From positions 8,434,001-8,498,000 of the forward strand of contig NC_087249.1 in NCBI RefSeq assembly GCF_037042905.1: a stretch of DNA of 64,000 bases, read 5' to 3'. A program made the position numbers and the translations under genes. The notes beneath the pieces were generated by a model. That model saw only the letters and a list, made by a program, of their open reading frames with translations. It searched no databases and had not been told where the DNA came from. Origin of the DNA: Lytechinus pictus. Its lineage: Eukaryota. The stretch's first letter is position 1; every line of letters starts with the position of its first letter. Shown here one piece after another: positions 25,502 through 38,400 of this stretch.

Positions 25502-26281
25502 CCCGGGGGGCCACTTCCATTGAATAGTGGATACCAGGCGCGACCACGCGTAAAAAGGGAAAGAGTGGGCAAGTACGTTACGTATAGGCCTATGTAACGT
25601 AATAAGGGTGTCAAAAACGATGTTTAAAATACTGAAAAGGAGGATATGTTTTCAATACTTGTAGGGTTTCACAAGCTAAATATTTGTTAAGAGATGCATT
25701 TTCATAATCTGGAAAAGCCTTGCTTCCCTTGTTTAGGGTGCTTTTCGAAACCGCATGGTCGTGCCTGGTATTCACTCATCAGTAGGTGGTTTCAGACCGC
25801 CTCGAAGTTCGCCAGTTCCAGGTATTCTCTGATCGGGAAATTTACCCCGATCAGAAAATACCAGGTATTTTGGCGGTCTGAAAGCAAACTACGCGTAATA
25901 TCCCCGAAAGAAAATACCCGATAAATAGTAGGTACTTGGCGAAATTACGAGAACTTTCGCGGGGATTTTTCCAAGGTCGTGGGTATTTTGGCGGTCTGAA
26001 AGCAAATTACGGGAACTTTTAGCCCAGCGTGTCGTTGGGTGCGGCGCCGTGCATGGGTTGCTGCTGGGCTAGTGATTTTGAATTTCGCGCCTTGCTGCTT
26101 ATCAGACCATACTGCGCATGCTCGTAACTTCAGGAACTTATCCCGAAGGGTATGTTTCAGGGCGGTGTGAATGCAGGAATAATTAATGGGTATTTTTCAG
26201 CCTAAAAAAGTTCTCGTAATTTAACGGGGATTCTTGTGATCGAGGCGGTTTGAAACCACCTAATGGAAGTGGTCCCCCGGG
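25502..26281. mobile_element. CCCGGGGG-family TIR element with a nested Harbinger-like MITE (25784-26261)
   Basis: Outer TIR matches 5686-6221. Inner TIR is AGGTGGTTTCAGACCGCCTCGA / TCGAGGCGGTTTGAAACCACCT. Confidence 0.8.
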
Positions 26282-28356
26282 AATTCGAATCTAATCCCCA
26301 TTTCTGGGGAAAGTAAACATAATACCCATTACATTGTGTGCTAGAGGCATATCGTTTGTGTAGGAGTAAACAAAAGAAAAAAACCCGCAATTTCGGCTGG
26401 TACGTGTTCAGACCAAGGTAACTCCTTGTTCAGACGTATACATGCTGTGTACATAATCAACGCATGCGAAATGCTTTCTGCTGGAGAGATGATTTGACCC
26501 ATGGAATCAATTGCCAGAGATCCACCAATAATCCACATTAAATGCAATATCGATTCGATGGACTGTAATGATCTATATAATTTCTAAGCCTTAATTCAGT
26601 AACTTTTTCCTCACTCAATATGTACTCGATTTGTTTGAAAAACCTCTTTCTTATCCATCTCATAATCTATTGTAGGTCCTGCATTTCGAATATCTCCAGC
26701 CATCAGTCGTAATGTACATGCATGTATGGTGCGGGTGTCGCGGGAAAGAATATTGCGCACGAAAAGCAGATCTGTAGGGCCTGTAATCCCCCTGTAACAC
26801 AAAGCTTAGCATTGATTGTAGAGCAGTTTTCTACGTTTGATTCTATTGACTATAATGTACAATCAATCTTAAAAATCAAGTGTATGATTAAGCGTTAACT
26901 TTTGTGTTAAGAGACCCTAATATTAGCGTCCGTGAGGTTTGCGAAAGGTCCCAATTTTCACAGGTCCTTGCTCACGGACTAGAATCACAAACTTTTCGAT
27001 AAGTAAATGTCAATATCAAATCGCGTCTTGCTTGTTTATAATTCATCTGTGTACTGAAAGTAATATTAATGATGACCATCATTTGATCATCGAATGATTC
27101 GGGCTGCTTGATTTTAGTTCAGCAGGATTAGTTCACAACCTTCACAACCGATAAGTGGAATTATTAGAAGATCGATCTTAGCACTGCCGCCGCGCAACAC
27201 CTAACCACCCTGAGTGATGCTTGCATGGGAGCCGGCTGTGGGCGCGCGCAGTCTATTCAGGAACCGGCTAGCCGATGACGAGTCAATTTTACTTAATTTA
27301 GAGCTAAGCCTTCTTGATTGTGTCCAGATCATGGAGATGGGTCAATTAGGACTTGATTCCCAACAATTTTCGTTCAAACTTTAATATGGAAGGGATATAA
27401 AACAAATATACCGAGCGTTTATTTCGAAAGTCTAGTGGAAATATTTTATCCGCGGTTGGTCCGGCAATGTTAATAGTAATTGCCAAACCAACCTCGGATG
27501 AAAAAATATTTCCACTATTATACTTTCTCAAACCCAGTATATTTGTAAATACTATATACACACAATATATTTCTGTCACACATATCGCTTAAATATTATT
27601 ATAAGTGAATGTTGATGGTAAAGATGTATATAGGAAAATTGAACTTTTGAATGATTCTAAATTCTCAAGCGAATTATGTACAGGACTATGACCATTTCCT
27701 TTTTTATCCCGTAAACTTTGTCATAATGATTTTTAAATAATTCTCATTGAAGGGGTTCTAACTCAATTAAAAACTTGTTTTTAGAGGAAAAAGAAAAATC
27801 AGACAAATTGATAGGTGAAAGTTTGAACAATGTCGGACAAAATGATGAATTAAAATGGCTAAAATGTCAATGCTTTTTCAAAATTTTTACTTCAAATTTT
27901 ATTTTTCTTTCATGAGGAGACATAAAACAATATACTACCTGGGCTAAATTTAGATTAATGCCCTAGGGGAATGTGTACTTAGAAAAAAAAAATCCCTGAT
28001 AATTATGTAAATGGCATATGGGAAATTTGTCATTGCCCTTTGTAATCAACTTACCCAGTTGCCAATTTGAAATCTACATTGACTTAGGGATCTCAATTTT
28101 AAAATAGCCATAATTTTTCTATTGTTTGTTCGATTTCTTTCTAACCTTCTACATTCTGTTTTATTGTTTTTTTCTCCTTGATTACCCTATTAATTCTTAG
28201 TATATTAAAGGAGAAATATATATTTTAAAGAACATGAAGAATGTTGATAAAATTAAATATGTCACTTCAATAACAATACCGTTAAATATCGTTCAGTTGC
28301 AATTCTGTATATCGAAATGACTGTATCGATTCAATGTATCTTTATTCCTTTGGTAG

Positions 28357-29430
28357 GTCTCTGCTCATCTGTTTTGAATCGACAAGCCGCCCTGCTGCTG
28401 CATCAACATTTTCCCGATAACTTTACTTTCATCAGCATTTTAACTTTTTTTGGAACAATCCTCGGCGGTACGTTATTTCCCCAAATGGTCTTTCTCAGTT
28501 TGATGGCATATGGTGTAAGGGGCTCTCTGCTCATTCTTGGGGGGTTGCTGATGAATTTGTTACCGATCGGATATGCTCTCAAAGTCAGTACAAAGCAAGA
28601 AGAAATTACCGACGATGACAGCAATGATGAATCTTTACCATTAATCTCTAGACCTAAAGAAACTGTAGAGAATATCAATGCTAGTGGTAGCAATGGAAAT
28701 GCCACGAACGCCCTTGGTGAAATACGGGCACCAAAAGTGGACAGTTCAAAGAAATCACCAGATAAAGAAGGATACTTCCTAAATAGCTCCCAAAGACATA
28801 CTCCATCGGATCATCTGGAAAGGAAGAACAGTGACAGATTAAGAGAGGCCGAAAATCAACCAAGCCAAGTGTGCTGTGATGACACTGATGAAACAAGGAA
28901 AGAAACTAAAGATAAGAATGGTAGGATTTGGAAGATGCTCAGTCGATTAAAAGAAGTCATGCACATGGATTTCTTCAATGAACACCCCCTCTTGTCCTGC
29001 ACACTCATTCCTAGCGTTGGAATCTTTAATTGCGTGATACTAGGGTGGGATCTTTTCGAGGTTACCTACGGGATCTCACGAGGTATAGACCGTAGAACAG
29101 TTAAATTCATTCCCATCGCTTCCTTTGCAGGATGTGCATTCTCGCACATTTTGCTCATCTTTATCTTCCAACGCAAACCTCAGTACAACATCCTCGTTTT
29201 CTTCTCGTCCTGCTGTTTAGCAACCTTGGGGTTCTTTCTGATGAACCTTTCCTCTTTGCTATGGTACATTCTGATGGTGTCATTCGTGATGGGTGTTGGA
29301 ACGAATGGTGTTATAAATACAAGTGAGGGCGTCATTGCCTTCGTTGTCGAAAATAGAAGCTTTGCCCACGGATCGTCACTAATAGACCTCTTCACTGGAT
29401 TGGGATTGATCACGGCTGGCTTAGTTGCAG
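28357..29430 (+). CDS. SLC16/MCT-like gene B, exon 3
   Basis: Lies within ORF 28317..29477. Acceptor cctttggtAG, donor GCAG|GTTTGT. Collinear with gene A exon 3 (SVLxRQA, NFTFISI, SCTLIPSVGI, DLFEVTYGIS). Confidence 0.9.
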
Positions 29431-29826
29431 GTTTGTCCAGATATAACAAGATTTATCCCCCACATAGATCATATTAATCCCACGGATGAATCCTAAACAA
29501 TAAATGGTTCGTGATTCGTATTAATTAGTTAGGCACCGATTCGGCATAATGATTGTTGAAAACCTGTGTAGAACTGTAAACTTATTTCGTAATTCCTTGT
29601 ACTCACAAAGAATAAAATCCGTAAAACAAGTTAGCTTGTGAGAAAGCAGAAAAAAGTATTGTATGTATTGACCTCATCGACAGGCCTCCCCCTCGTTCCC
29701 AGAAGGGAATTACTCCTGCAGTTGCATAAATACTCACTTCATCGTTTATTGTCTCAAATCACCATTAAAAAAATCTACTTCATGGATATTATAGTGTATC
29801 ATTTTCTTTTTCTTCATAAATGACAG

Positions 29827-29960
29827 GTTACATTAAGGATGTTTCTGGTAGCATGGTGACTCTCTATTGGTCTCTTGGAGGAATGAACCTGGTTGCCAGT
29901 CTCTTAACGCTGGTAATGGTGTGCAAGGTGTCGAGAGCTCTTGCATGCTGTCAACAATAA
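29827..29960 (+). CDS. SLC16/MCT-like gene B, last coding exon
   Basis: Acceptor gacAG. Encodes GYIKDVSGSMVTLYWSLGGMNLVASLLTLVMVCKVSRALACCQQ*. Spliced CDS is 1539 nt and in frame. Confidence 0.88.
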
Positions 29961-30740
29961 CCGATGACTACACTGTAAAACATTGGGTAAAATTTTAACC
30001 AGCACGAGGGTCCAACCAATATGGGGCAGTATTTTACCCAATGCGGGAAGCATATTGTCCAGTAACGTTAAAAAATAAAGCAGCAATTACTTTAGCATTG
30101 GCAAAATTTTCATCACACTGGATGAATAAAAAGAAATTCCAATGTTGGTTGGACACATAATTAACCTCATGAAGCAATTTTACCCAATATTTTTTAGAGT
30201 GTAACCAACTACTGATCTATAGAGACAGAAATTTATATTAGTACAGTTCAATCATTACATATTCGACTCAACGGTTTAGGACCAAGACCAGAGCTAGATT
30301 TTGATATGAAAACTATAATTAGCAACATACTCTCTAAAAAGAGTTTACCTAATATTGGGTAAATGGGAACATTTATGTTTGCTGGGTTAAATGAGAGTAA
30401 ATACTTTGCAAACTTTACGCAATGTTGCGTTGAATTTTACCCCTTAAACTTGCATTTTGCCCAATATTGGGGCAAACATTACACAGCAAACACATTATTA
30501 AAACAATGGTCATATCACATGTTCAGGGAGAAATAGAAGATTGTTTCACATGAAGAAATTAGAAAATTAGAATATCTCATATTTCATTTAATAAAATAGA
30601 AAATATATTTTGAGTGGGTGACGTCATAAGTCCTCTTTTTGGCATACAGACCAGGATGTGCATACAGTGCCTTATAAACTGTAAATCACCCCTTCACTTT
30701 GATTATGATGGCATCAATGATTAGAGGTGAAGCGGACCGT

Positions 30741-30878
30741 GGGCCCGTTTCATAATGAGTTACAAACGTTGTAACTACCATGGTTACCTTGATTTTGATT
30801 GGCTGCTGAGCCATGTTGCCATGGTAGTTGCCATAATGGCAAAGTTACAACAGTTATAACTCTTTATGAAACAGGCCC
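30741..30878. mobile_element. Small palindromic MITE
   Basis: GGGCCCGTTTCATAATGAGTTACAA / TTATAACTCTTTATGAAACAGGCCC. Confidence 0.75.
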
Positions 30879-30893
30879 TTGAACTAGTACTAG

Positions 30894-31846
30894 TTTTTGT
30901 CTCACCTGCATAGCAGAGTGAGACTATAGGCGCCGCTTTTCCGACGGCGGCGGCGGCGTCAACACCAAATCTTAACCTGAGGTTAAGTTTTTGAAATGAC
31001 AGCATAACTTAGAAAGTATATGGACCTAGTTCATGAAACTTGGCCATAAGGTTAATCAAGTATTACTGAACATCCTGCCTGAGTTTCATGTCACATGACC
31101 AAGGTCAAAGGTCATTTAGGGTCAATGAACTTAGACCATGTTGGGGGAATCAACATCAAAATCTTAACCTAAGGTTAAGTTTTTGAAATGTCATCATAAA
31201 TTAGAAAATATATGGACCTAGTTCATGAAACTTATACATAAGGTTAATCAAGTATCACTGAACATCCTGCATGAGTTTCACGACACATGACCAAGGTCAA
31301 AGGTCATTTAGGGTCAATGAACTTTGGCCGAATTGGGGGTATCTGTTGAATTACCATCATAACTTTGAAAGTTTATGGATCTGATTCATGAAACTTGGAC
31401 ATAATAGTAATCAAGTATTACTGAACATCCTGTGCAAGTTTCAGGTCACATGATCAAGGTCAAAGGTTATTTAGGGTCAATGAACTTTGGCCAAATTGGG
31501 GTATTTGTTGAATTACAGCCATAAATTTGAAAGTGTGTTGGTCTAGTTCATAAAACTTGGACATAAGAGTAATCAAGTATCACTGAACATCCTGTGCGAG
31601 TTTCAGGTCACATGATCAAGGTCAAAGGTCATGTAAGGTCAAAGAACTTTGGCCACGTTGGGGGTATTTGTTGAATTGCCATCATATCTCTATAAGTGTA
31701 TTGGTCTAATTCATAAAACGTGGAAATGCGAGTAACCAAGTATCACTGAACATCTTGTGCGAGTTATAGTAGTTTTCAAAATCAGCACTGCTGCTATATT
31801 GAATCGCGTGATGCAGGTGAGACGGCCAGAGGCATTCCACTTGTTT
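30894..31846 (+). mobile_element. Helentron-associated (HINE/DINE-1-like) non-autonomous element with internal tandem repeats
   Basis: Subterminal IR GTCTCACCTGCAT (30899-30911) / ATGCAGGTGAGAC (31811-31823), (GGC)n microsatellite, 160-190-bp tandem units, T-rich flanks, no TSD. Confidence 0.75.
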
Positions 31847-33748
31847 ATTTGTTATATACACCATTCACAGTTCTAGTTCCCCTATACCTTGTGAGTAAAA
31901 AAAAAAAAAAAAAAAAAAACCCTGACACCTCACAAATTCCCAATTTAAGGAAAGAGTATGTCATGAATACATAACTGTTATATTGCCTGAAAGAGTATGT
32001 TCTCCCAAATGAGTTAATTTCATTGAAAAGGGATTCGCAAATATGTTTGCTAACTCATGTAGGATTATGTCATCCTTGGCATCTGGATTTTTAAACTTTT
32101 TTTAGAGTGTAAAAAAACATGAAGATCATGAATATCTAAGCATAATGATCACATGTATAATAAAAATATAACTTCCAATGAAAAATCACGCCTCAGGAAA
32201 TATTTAAAAAATAATTTTGATTTCAATATATAGAGAAAAAAATATTATTTGGCTGTTACATAGGATAGCAAGAGCGCCACCATTCACAGGGATGTCGTTA
32301 AATCCAATTGAACATCCAAACCTGGGATTGTTTCTGAAACATGTGTATTGATCACATTATGAATGATTTATTCAAATCTAAAATAAACGGCATGTTTCTT
32401 TAGCTATCCAAGAACTTCAGATTGATGACGTTTCCTTCAATGAACGGGCTCATTAAATTCGACTTTCAAGTCTATTATCAAGCCAAAATATTTCAAGTGC
32501 TATTCTGAGCTGCTGATAATTCCTTAATGAACAACTATTACGCTAAAACGAAGTGATTGATAAAGGCAGAAGAGTACTTGGTATTTATTGCTGCAAACAT
32601 CAGTCTTTATGATTATGTTTGCTGGAAAACAAGTGTGCTGGACTTTTTATTTGAGAGGGAAACGATCTGACATGAGAGGTTTCCTTTCCAGGTCAAAATC
32701 CTTGAATTGTTGAAGTATGGAGGGAATCCTGATATCCCGAATTACTGTTTGAAAGATTGCTAATTCATAATGATCATTGATGTTTTGAAAACACGGTATG
32801 TCTTTTAAGCAATATTGCTGGAAAAAGATTAAGCAACATTAGATATTGCAAAGTGTAATATAACATAGATAACTGTGTCTCCGGGAGATCGAGCGGAAAT
32901 CATGTTATTCATTTCGTTCAATTAAACAAACTAGTCATGACTACTCACAGACAGTAGAGTAATCATTGATTTTTGTGTCATTTTGATTTTTTCTCTCGTC
33001 ATATCTCATCAGTAAGCTAAAGTAGATGCATTTGTATAGAAACTCACACATAGAACATAAATACGTTCTGATGGTGGTATACAGGTAGCTAGTACGCTCA
33101 ATAAAAGAAAGATTCGTGTTTTTTGTTACACAAAATGCGGAAGACATATGACCCACAATTCAAGGAATCTACGCTCCCTTTAAGCTTTCAGATCGTCTTT
33201 TTACCTTCAACATTAAAACAAACGGTCAAAGAAATGGACACGTCTTCAAAAGGGGAATATATTCTAATGTCAAAGTGTCCTCAACTAAAATGCTTGTTTT
33301 CGTTCGACAAGGAGCACGTGCGCGTTCGTGCGTGCTTCTGTGCGCCGCGTGTTAATTGATATGCAGGAAGTCCTCTTGGCGGCTGACATTTGCAAGTAAC
33401 TTTCACTTTGCTTGACGTTAGCTAGGGATTCAACATGCCCTCTCAGTCCTTGTAATTTATAATTCTTTTTTTTTTCTTTTAATCAACTATCTTTTGCCAA
33501 AAGTGGACTTTTCATTTTAGAGACGATCAGGAATTCTAAACGGGTGTGCTATTCTGTATATCTTGCCAAGCAAAAAAAAAAGATTCCTGGATTACCACGA
33601 CTTTTGGAGATTCCTACTGGATCATGATTTTGACTAATTATTGACTTGTGATAAACCATGCAACAAACGAGTCGACGGAATTGAACCCTCAACACTGGAT
33701 CCTCTAATTGGAGTATAATAATCAAACATCCACTGGCTCTTCTCAACG

Positions 33749-35461
33749 ATGGCATCCTGCTGGAATCTTTGTTTCGTGACTGTGATTTTAATGGTGACCC
33801 AGTGGAAACTTAGCCTTGGTGGAATTTTCAGACATGGTCCATCAGATACTGTTCTTGTCCAGGGAAAGACAGCGGTCTTAAGGTGTGCTGTCAAAACCCA
33901 GGGGAGCGAGGTGGTCTACTGGTTCCACGTTGATTCTGGACAATATATCAGCTACGATGAAAACATATATTCTTTCGTTATGGAGGATCGTTACTCCATC
34001 ATTGGAAACCACAAGAAAGGTGAATATTACTTGACGATACGAAATGCTCGGAAATCAGACAAGGGGGAATACCGATGTGTGTATGGGAATCAGTTCGCAT
34101 CAGCACGCATGGTGGTTTTGGTGCCACCGAATGATGGATCTCCTGCTTGTGAGGCTCTTCCTGCAGCCGATTCTACCAGCATAGGTAATGTTGCCCAGCT
34201 TTCCTGCACGTCTCAAGGTGGTGATCCTCCAGCTGAACTGTCCTGGTACCGACAAGACAAGTTGATAGCCGGACCCGCAGTGCACGCGAACTCCATCCAG
34301 AGACTAGTAAAGAAAGAGGACAACGGTGTCATTTTCACCTGCTCTGCGACAACACCAGCTCTGACCTATCCGCGAACCTGCAGCGTGATGATCCTCAAGA
34401 ATCCACCAATGGTCACAGTAACACCACCTGAAGTCAACATCAAACATGGACAAACCGCTCAGTTCAGCTGCCAAGGTATCGCCGAAACCAATGTAACCGG
34501 TTACCGATGGTTCGTCAATTATGTTGTTGTTGGGAGCAAGGTGTCTTCTCCCCGTTATACACTCGACCCAACTAATACCACACTGACAATTCACAATGTA
34601 CAAGCCTGGGAAAATGGTGTTATCGTGTCCTGTGAAGCTAACATCCAGTCCGGGTTGAAGGGTAGGGGAAGCGCCAATCTTGGTGTAAAACTGCCGCCAA
34701 ATTTCAGAACCGAATCACCTCCCACATCTGATAGTGGAAACAACGGTAACGGGACGGGGTTATCCCCGAAAGGTCTTCATCCTCAACCCTTCATAACCAC
34801 CAACATTGCTGCCATAGCCGGTGCCTCTGCAGGAGCTCTTGTGCTGCTCATAGTTGTTTCAACTCTTGCTGCGTGTTGTGCCAAAGGAAAGAGTCATAAA
34901 TACCCTGCAGGTAAAAACATGCCTGGATCATTGAGGTATAAAACTTCCCAACAGGTACTCATTGAAGAGGATTTCCCCATCTATGCTAAACCTATGAAGG
35001 TAAAACGTAACTGCGAGGTGACGGACTCAAGTCGACCAAACAGCATCTCCACAGCTTCCACGGCAGAGTCGGCTCTGACAGGCGTCGGCTCGGATGCCGG
35101 TCACGGTGTCGCCATCCCGCTCTGTCTACGACCGCCATCTTTGAAACGACTTGGAAGAAAAATAACTTCAAATTACGAGAAAATTGGTTTCGACGGACCG
35201 CTACCTCTCACCCGGCCCGAACCAATGGGCAGTGAAGACAAAGACTCGGTCCCTGTCGAGAACCCATTAAGGCAGACTGAATTATGCAGGAGCCAAAATA
35301 ACGCAACAAACGGCGAATTAAGAAATGGAACATCGAAACCCGGTGAATTAGTTTATGCCGATTTGGACCTGGCAGAAAATAATAATGATTCATCAACAAA
35401 ACAAACTCAGCCAAATAGCAAGGCATCGGACGCTGTAGCCTACGCGAAATTACGATTATAA
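33749..35461 (+). CDS. Intronless type I membrane protein with three Ig domains (nephrin/Kirre-like ectodomain) and an ITIM-bearing tail
   Basis: 570-aa ORF. Signal peptide, then Ig1 (LRC...W...YYLTI...DKGEYRC), Ig2 (LSCTSQGGDPPAELSW...NGVIFTC) and Ig3 (FSC...YRW...LTI...VSC). S/T/P/G stalk, TM IAAIAGASAGALVLLIVVSTLAACC, and a tail containing SNYEKI, LVYADL and VAYAKL. Confidence 0.92.
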   Translation: MASCWNLCFVTVILMVTQWKLSLGGIFRHGPSDTVLVQGKTAVLRCAVKTQGSEVVYWFHVDSGQYISYDENIYSFVMEDRYSIIGNHKKGEYYLTIRNARKSDKGEYRCVYGNQFASARMVVLVPPNDGSPACEALPAADSTSIGNVAQLSCTSQGGDPPAELSWYRQDKLIAGPAVHANSIQRLVKKEDNGVIFTCSATTPALTYPRTCSVMILKNPPMVTVTPPEVNIKHGQTAQFSCQGIAETNVTGYRWFVNYVVVGSKVSSPRYTLDPTNTTLTIHNVQAWENGVIVSCEANIQSGLKGRGSANLGVKLPPNFRTESPPTSDSGNNGNGTGLSPKGLHPQPFITTNIAAIAGASAGALVLLIVVSTLAACCAKGKSHKYPAGKNMPGSLRYKTSQQVLIEEDFPIYAKPMKVKRNCEVTDSSRPNSISTASTAESALTGVGSDAGHGVAIPLCLRPPSLKRLGRKITSNYEKIGFDGPLPLTRPEPMGSEDKDSVPVENPLRQTELCRSQNNATNGELRNGTSKPGELVYADLDLAENNNDSSTKQTQPNSKASDAVAYAKLRL

Positions 35462-38400
35462 ACCAACCACACCTTAGTTTCTTTTTTATACGAATGTAAT
35501 TTAACAATTTTAAAGATGTTATATGTAAATTTGGATGTTTTGTAATGTCATTTTTAATTTTATACCACTTTTATTGACTTCCATTCAGATGGGTTTAATG
35601 ATCACTTCACTGCTTGCAGACTTGTTTGTTAGATGACATTGAATTCGGTCAAATTCGTTCTTCATTATAGCCCTATTTTGTCAAAAAGAATATGCCTACT
35701 AAAACTAGCAATAATGAACTAACCGTGTATTTCTAGAAATTAAACAAACTATATTTCAAAGAAACGCAAGTAGATCTGTGTTGATTTAATAATTAAAACT
35801 ATTAAACGGTTTACTCCATTCTGAATTCCTGCTGATATGAAGAAATAAAAGTAAGATTAAATAAGCAACTCCATGGTCATTTGATCAAACTTGGTGCAAA
35901 CAATGAATTTATCAGGCACGGTCTTGTTTTTATTTGTTTATTTTTTCTTTGGTTTGTTTCTTATTTCTTTTTTTAAGAAACAAGGCAACTTTAGAATACT
36001 GCTCACTTTTTTATCGGATATGGACGGAACTGTTTGCTTTTTCATTTGACGTTTCCCCATGAAACCAGTACCGCTTTAAATTGACAGACTTCATATATCA
36101 TGACGAGATGAATAAAAGGTGTAATATTCGAACAGCTTAGTCAAGAAAGTTCCATTCGCTCAATCAGCTCTGTGATGATTACAGTTGACATTTGAATTAA
36201 GATTATGAGACATATAAGGTAAACAAAGTCTAGCTCCATGGTGATCACGAATATTGAATTAATACAAAAATTAGCGGGGCTCACTGGTGATTTAAGTCAT
36301 TTGGATAGCATCTTAAGTATACTAAACATCCTAGGGACTTGAATAATTAATATAATAAAAGTTCATTTTACACATGGTGTTTCGGTATTTTGAAATACAT
36401 AGTCACATAATAGAGTCTATATATTTTTATGCGGATGTAAACAATTATAAGGCAAATCACTTGGAATAAGGTCTGAAATAGTGGTTAAGTGTCGGAGCTA
36501 ATAGTAGGCATGGTGGAATAATGTGAATGCAGATTGAAAATGTCTAAATAATACCAAAAATTGAACCTGTCTTTAACATTGAATTCTTTCCTTTAAGCTA
36601 TGAGCTTCGTGTACATTTATTTCATTTTTTGTTGACATTTCAAGACATGGGTATTTTCTTAAAGAAATCACATTGAATGAGAGACACGATCCTACACAGA
36701 AGGAATCACTATCATTTTTAAAGTGTTACATGTATATGTTATTTGAATGAGGTAATTATGATTGTCTTTTCTGAATTGGGGGGTTACCGCATCGCTATTG
36801 GCATCATGTCTTCCAGGATTTTACCAATCATGAATGAACCATAAGGTGGGATTTGGAGTTTACAATTTCGTAGGCTACATTTTGAGTCTGTATTATTTTT
36901 TTTGGTAATTGAAGTTAAGACTGCTTTATCAAGCGAAGTGATGGGCATGTGAACGTTTAGGGCCTGAAATAGATATAGTGTATGTTCGGTTCCAATTGAT
37001 TTTGAAAGCATAATGTTTTTTTTTTCTTTTAGGTGTAAAACATTTACCTTGTACCTGCGATACATCTACTTTTAATTCACAATACATTTTTCCTTAAACG
37101 AACGATGAATAGCACTTGCAATTTCCTATCTCCTCGATTCGTAGCTCCTGACTTAGACGTTTACATTAATAGACTAATCTTATACACACGATACATATGC
37201 CGTACATTTACGTTATATCAGCGATAAATTACCATTACATTAACCCTATACCCTCGAAATATTACCAATACATTTACCTGATACACACGATACAGATTAC
37301 CCTTACATTTACCTTGTACTCTCGAAGTTTACCGTAACATTTCCTTCATACACACGATAGAATATCCGACTTTTTCCTTTTTCACACGATATTAAACACA
37401 CGATATAATTACCTTTCTTTACCTTATGCCCTCGATAGCTTCCCCTTTCATTTACATTATTAAACAGATGAAACCCTTATATCTGTTTTGGTTCTCGAGA
37501 TTACATTACGTAATGCTTGCGATATTATACCCTTACTTATTTACGAATGTGTCCGAGACGTAGACGAACGAAGCAATTGATAATCATTTTTTTTCTAAAT
37601 ATATGAACCACAGAGCTCGAAGTCTCATCGTTGACATTCATTTATGTCCATGATGTGGCTTTTACATGAAATAATTAAATCTTTTAAAATATAACAATTT
37701 GTTTAAGTATGCTACGGACCTCTTAGCTATACCTCTTTAACTTTTTAAGTTATCTTAGCTGGAAAAGATGATCCCTATATATCTGAGGAATATTACAAAA
37801 AGAAGAAGATATAGATGAATACAGAAATGGGTAAATAGCATGGTATATAGATATACCAATATATAGAGAGACAGATAAATGAATTCATTTATATATAAAA
37901 AATCACGAAAAATCGAATTGATGGATGACTGAATATTCAAGTGTTCTTCAACATACTACTAAGTCAATAAATTTCATGAAATCGTTCCAATAAAACGTTT
38001 GTTCCCTTTTTGATATACTCGTTCCTAATTACTTCCATGGAATTTGCTTACTTTTGTTCTAGAAAGGAATGTGTAAAGTTTGGATTAAGTTCATTCATAT
38101 GTACTCCAATAAGAACAGATGAATTATGAGTAACATATGTACTACTTCTGTCATAAGATTTCTCACAGTATTTTTAATCACCAACATTATTATTTCAATG
38201 TCAAGTTTGGGGTTTTAATTATATTTGATGTGATTTCACTCATGATCTAAAATAAGTCATTTGGGTTGTATCCAAATGTATCGAAATGTTTGAAAATAAT
38301 GAAAAGTATAACCACTTAATATGAAACATGAATTGTATCTAAAGTGCATAATTGTAAATTGAGAAATTCATGGCTGCATTTGGGATCACTTTCTGGAATT

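Noticed and set aside
33749..35461. Ig protein as the basigin/embigin-type chaperone of the neighbouring MCT-like transporters
   Set aside because: Basigin-family TM helices carry a conserved Glu and have short tails. This TM has no charged residue, the tail is long with ITIMs, and the ectodomain is Kirre-like. Adjacency alone is weak evidence in animals.
37160..37530. Degenerate about 32-bp TTACCTTACATTTACC repeats as telomeric or regulatory array
   Set aside because: Not TTAGGG. Highly decayed, with similar sequence at about 12950-13110, so most likely a transposon-internal repeat.
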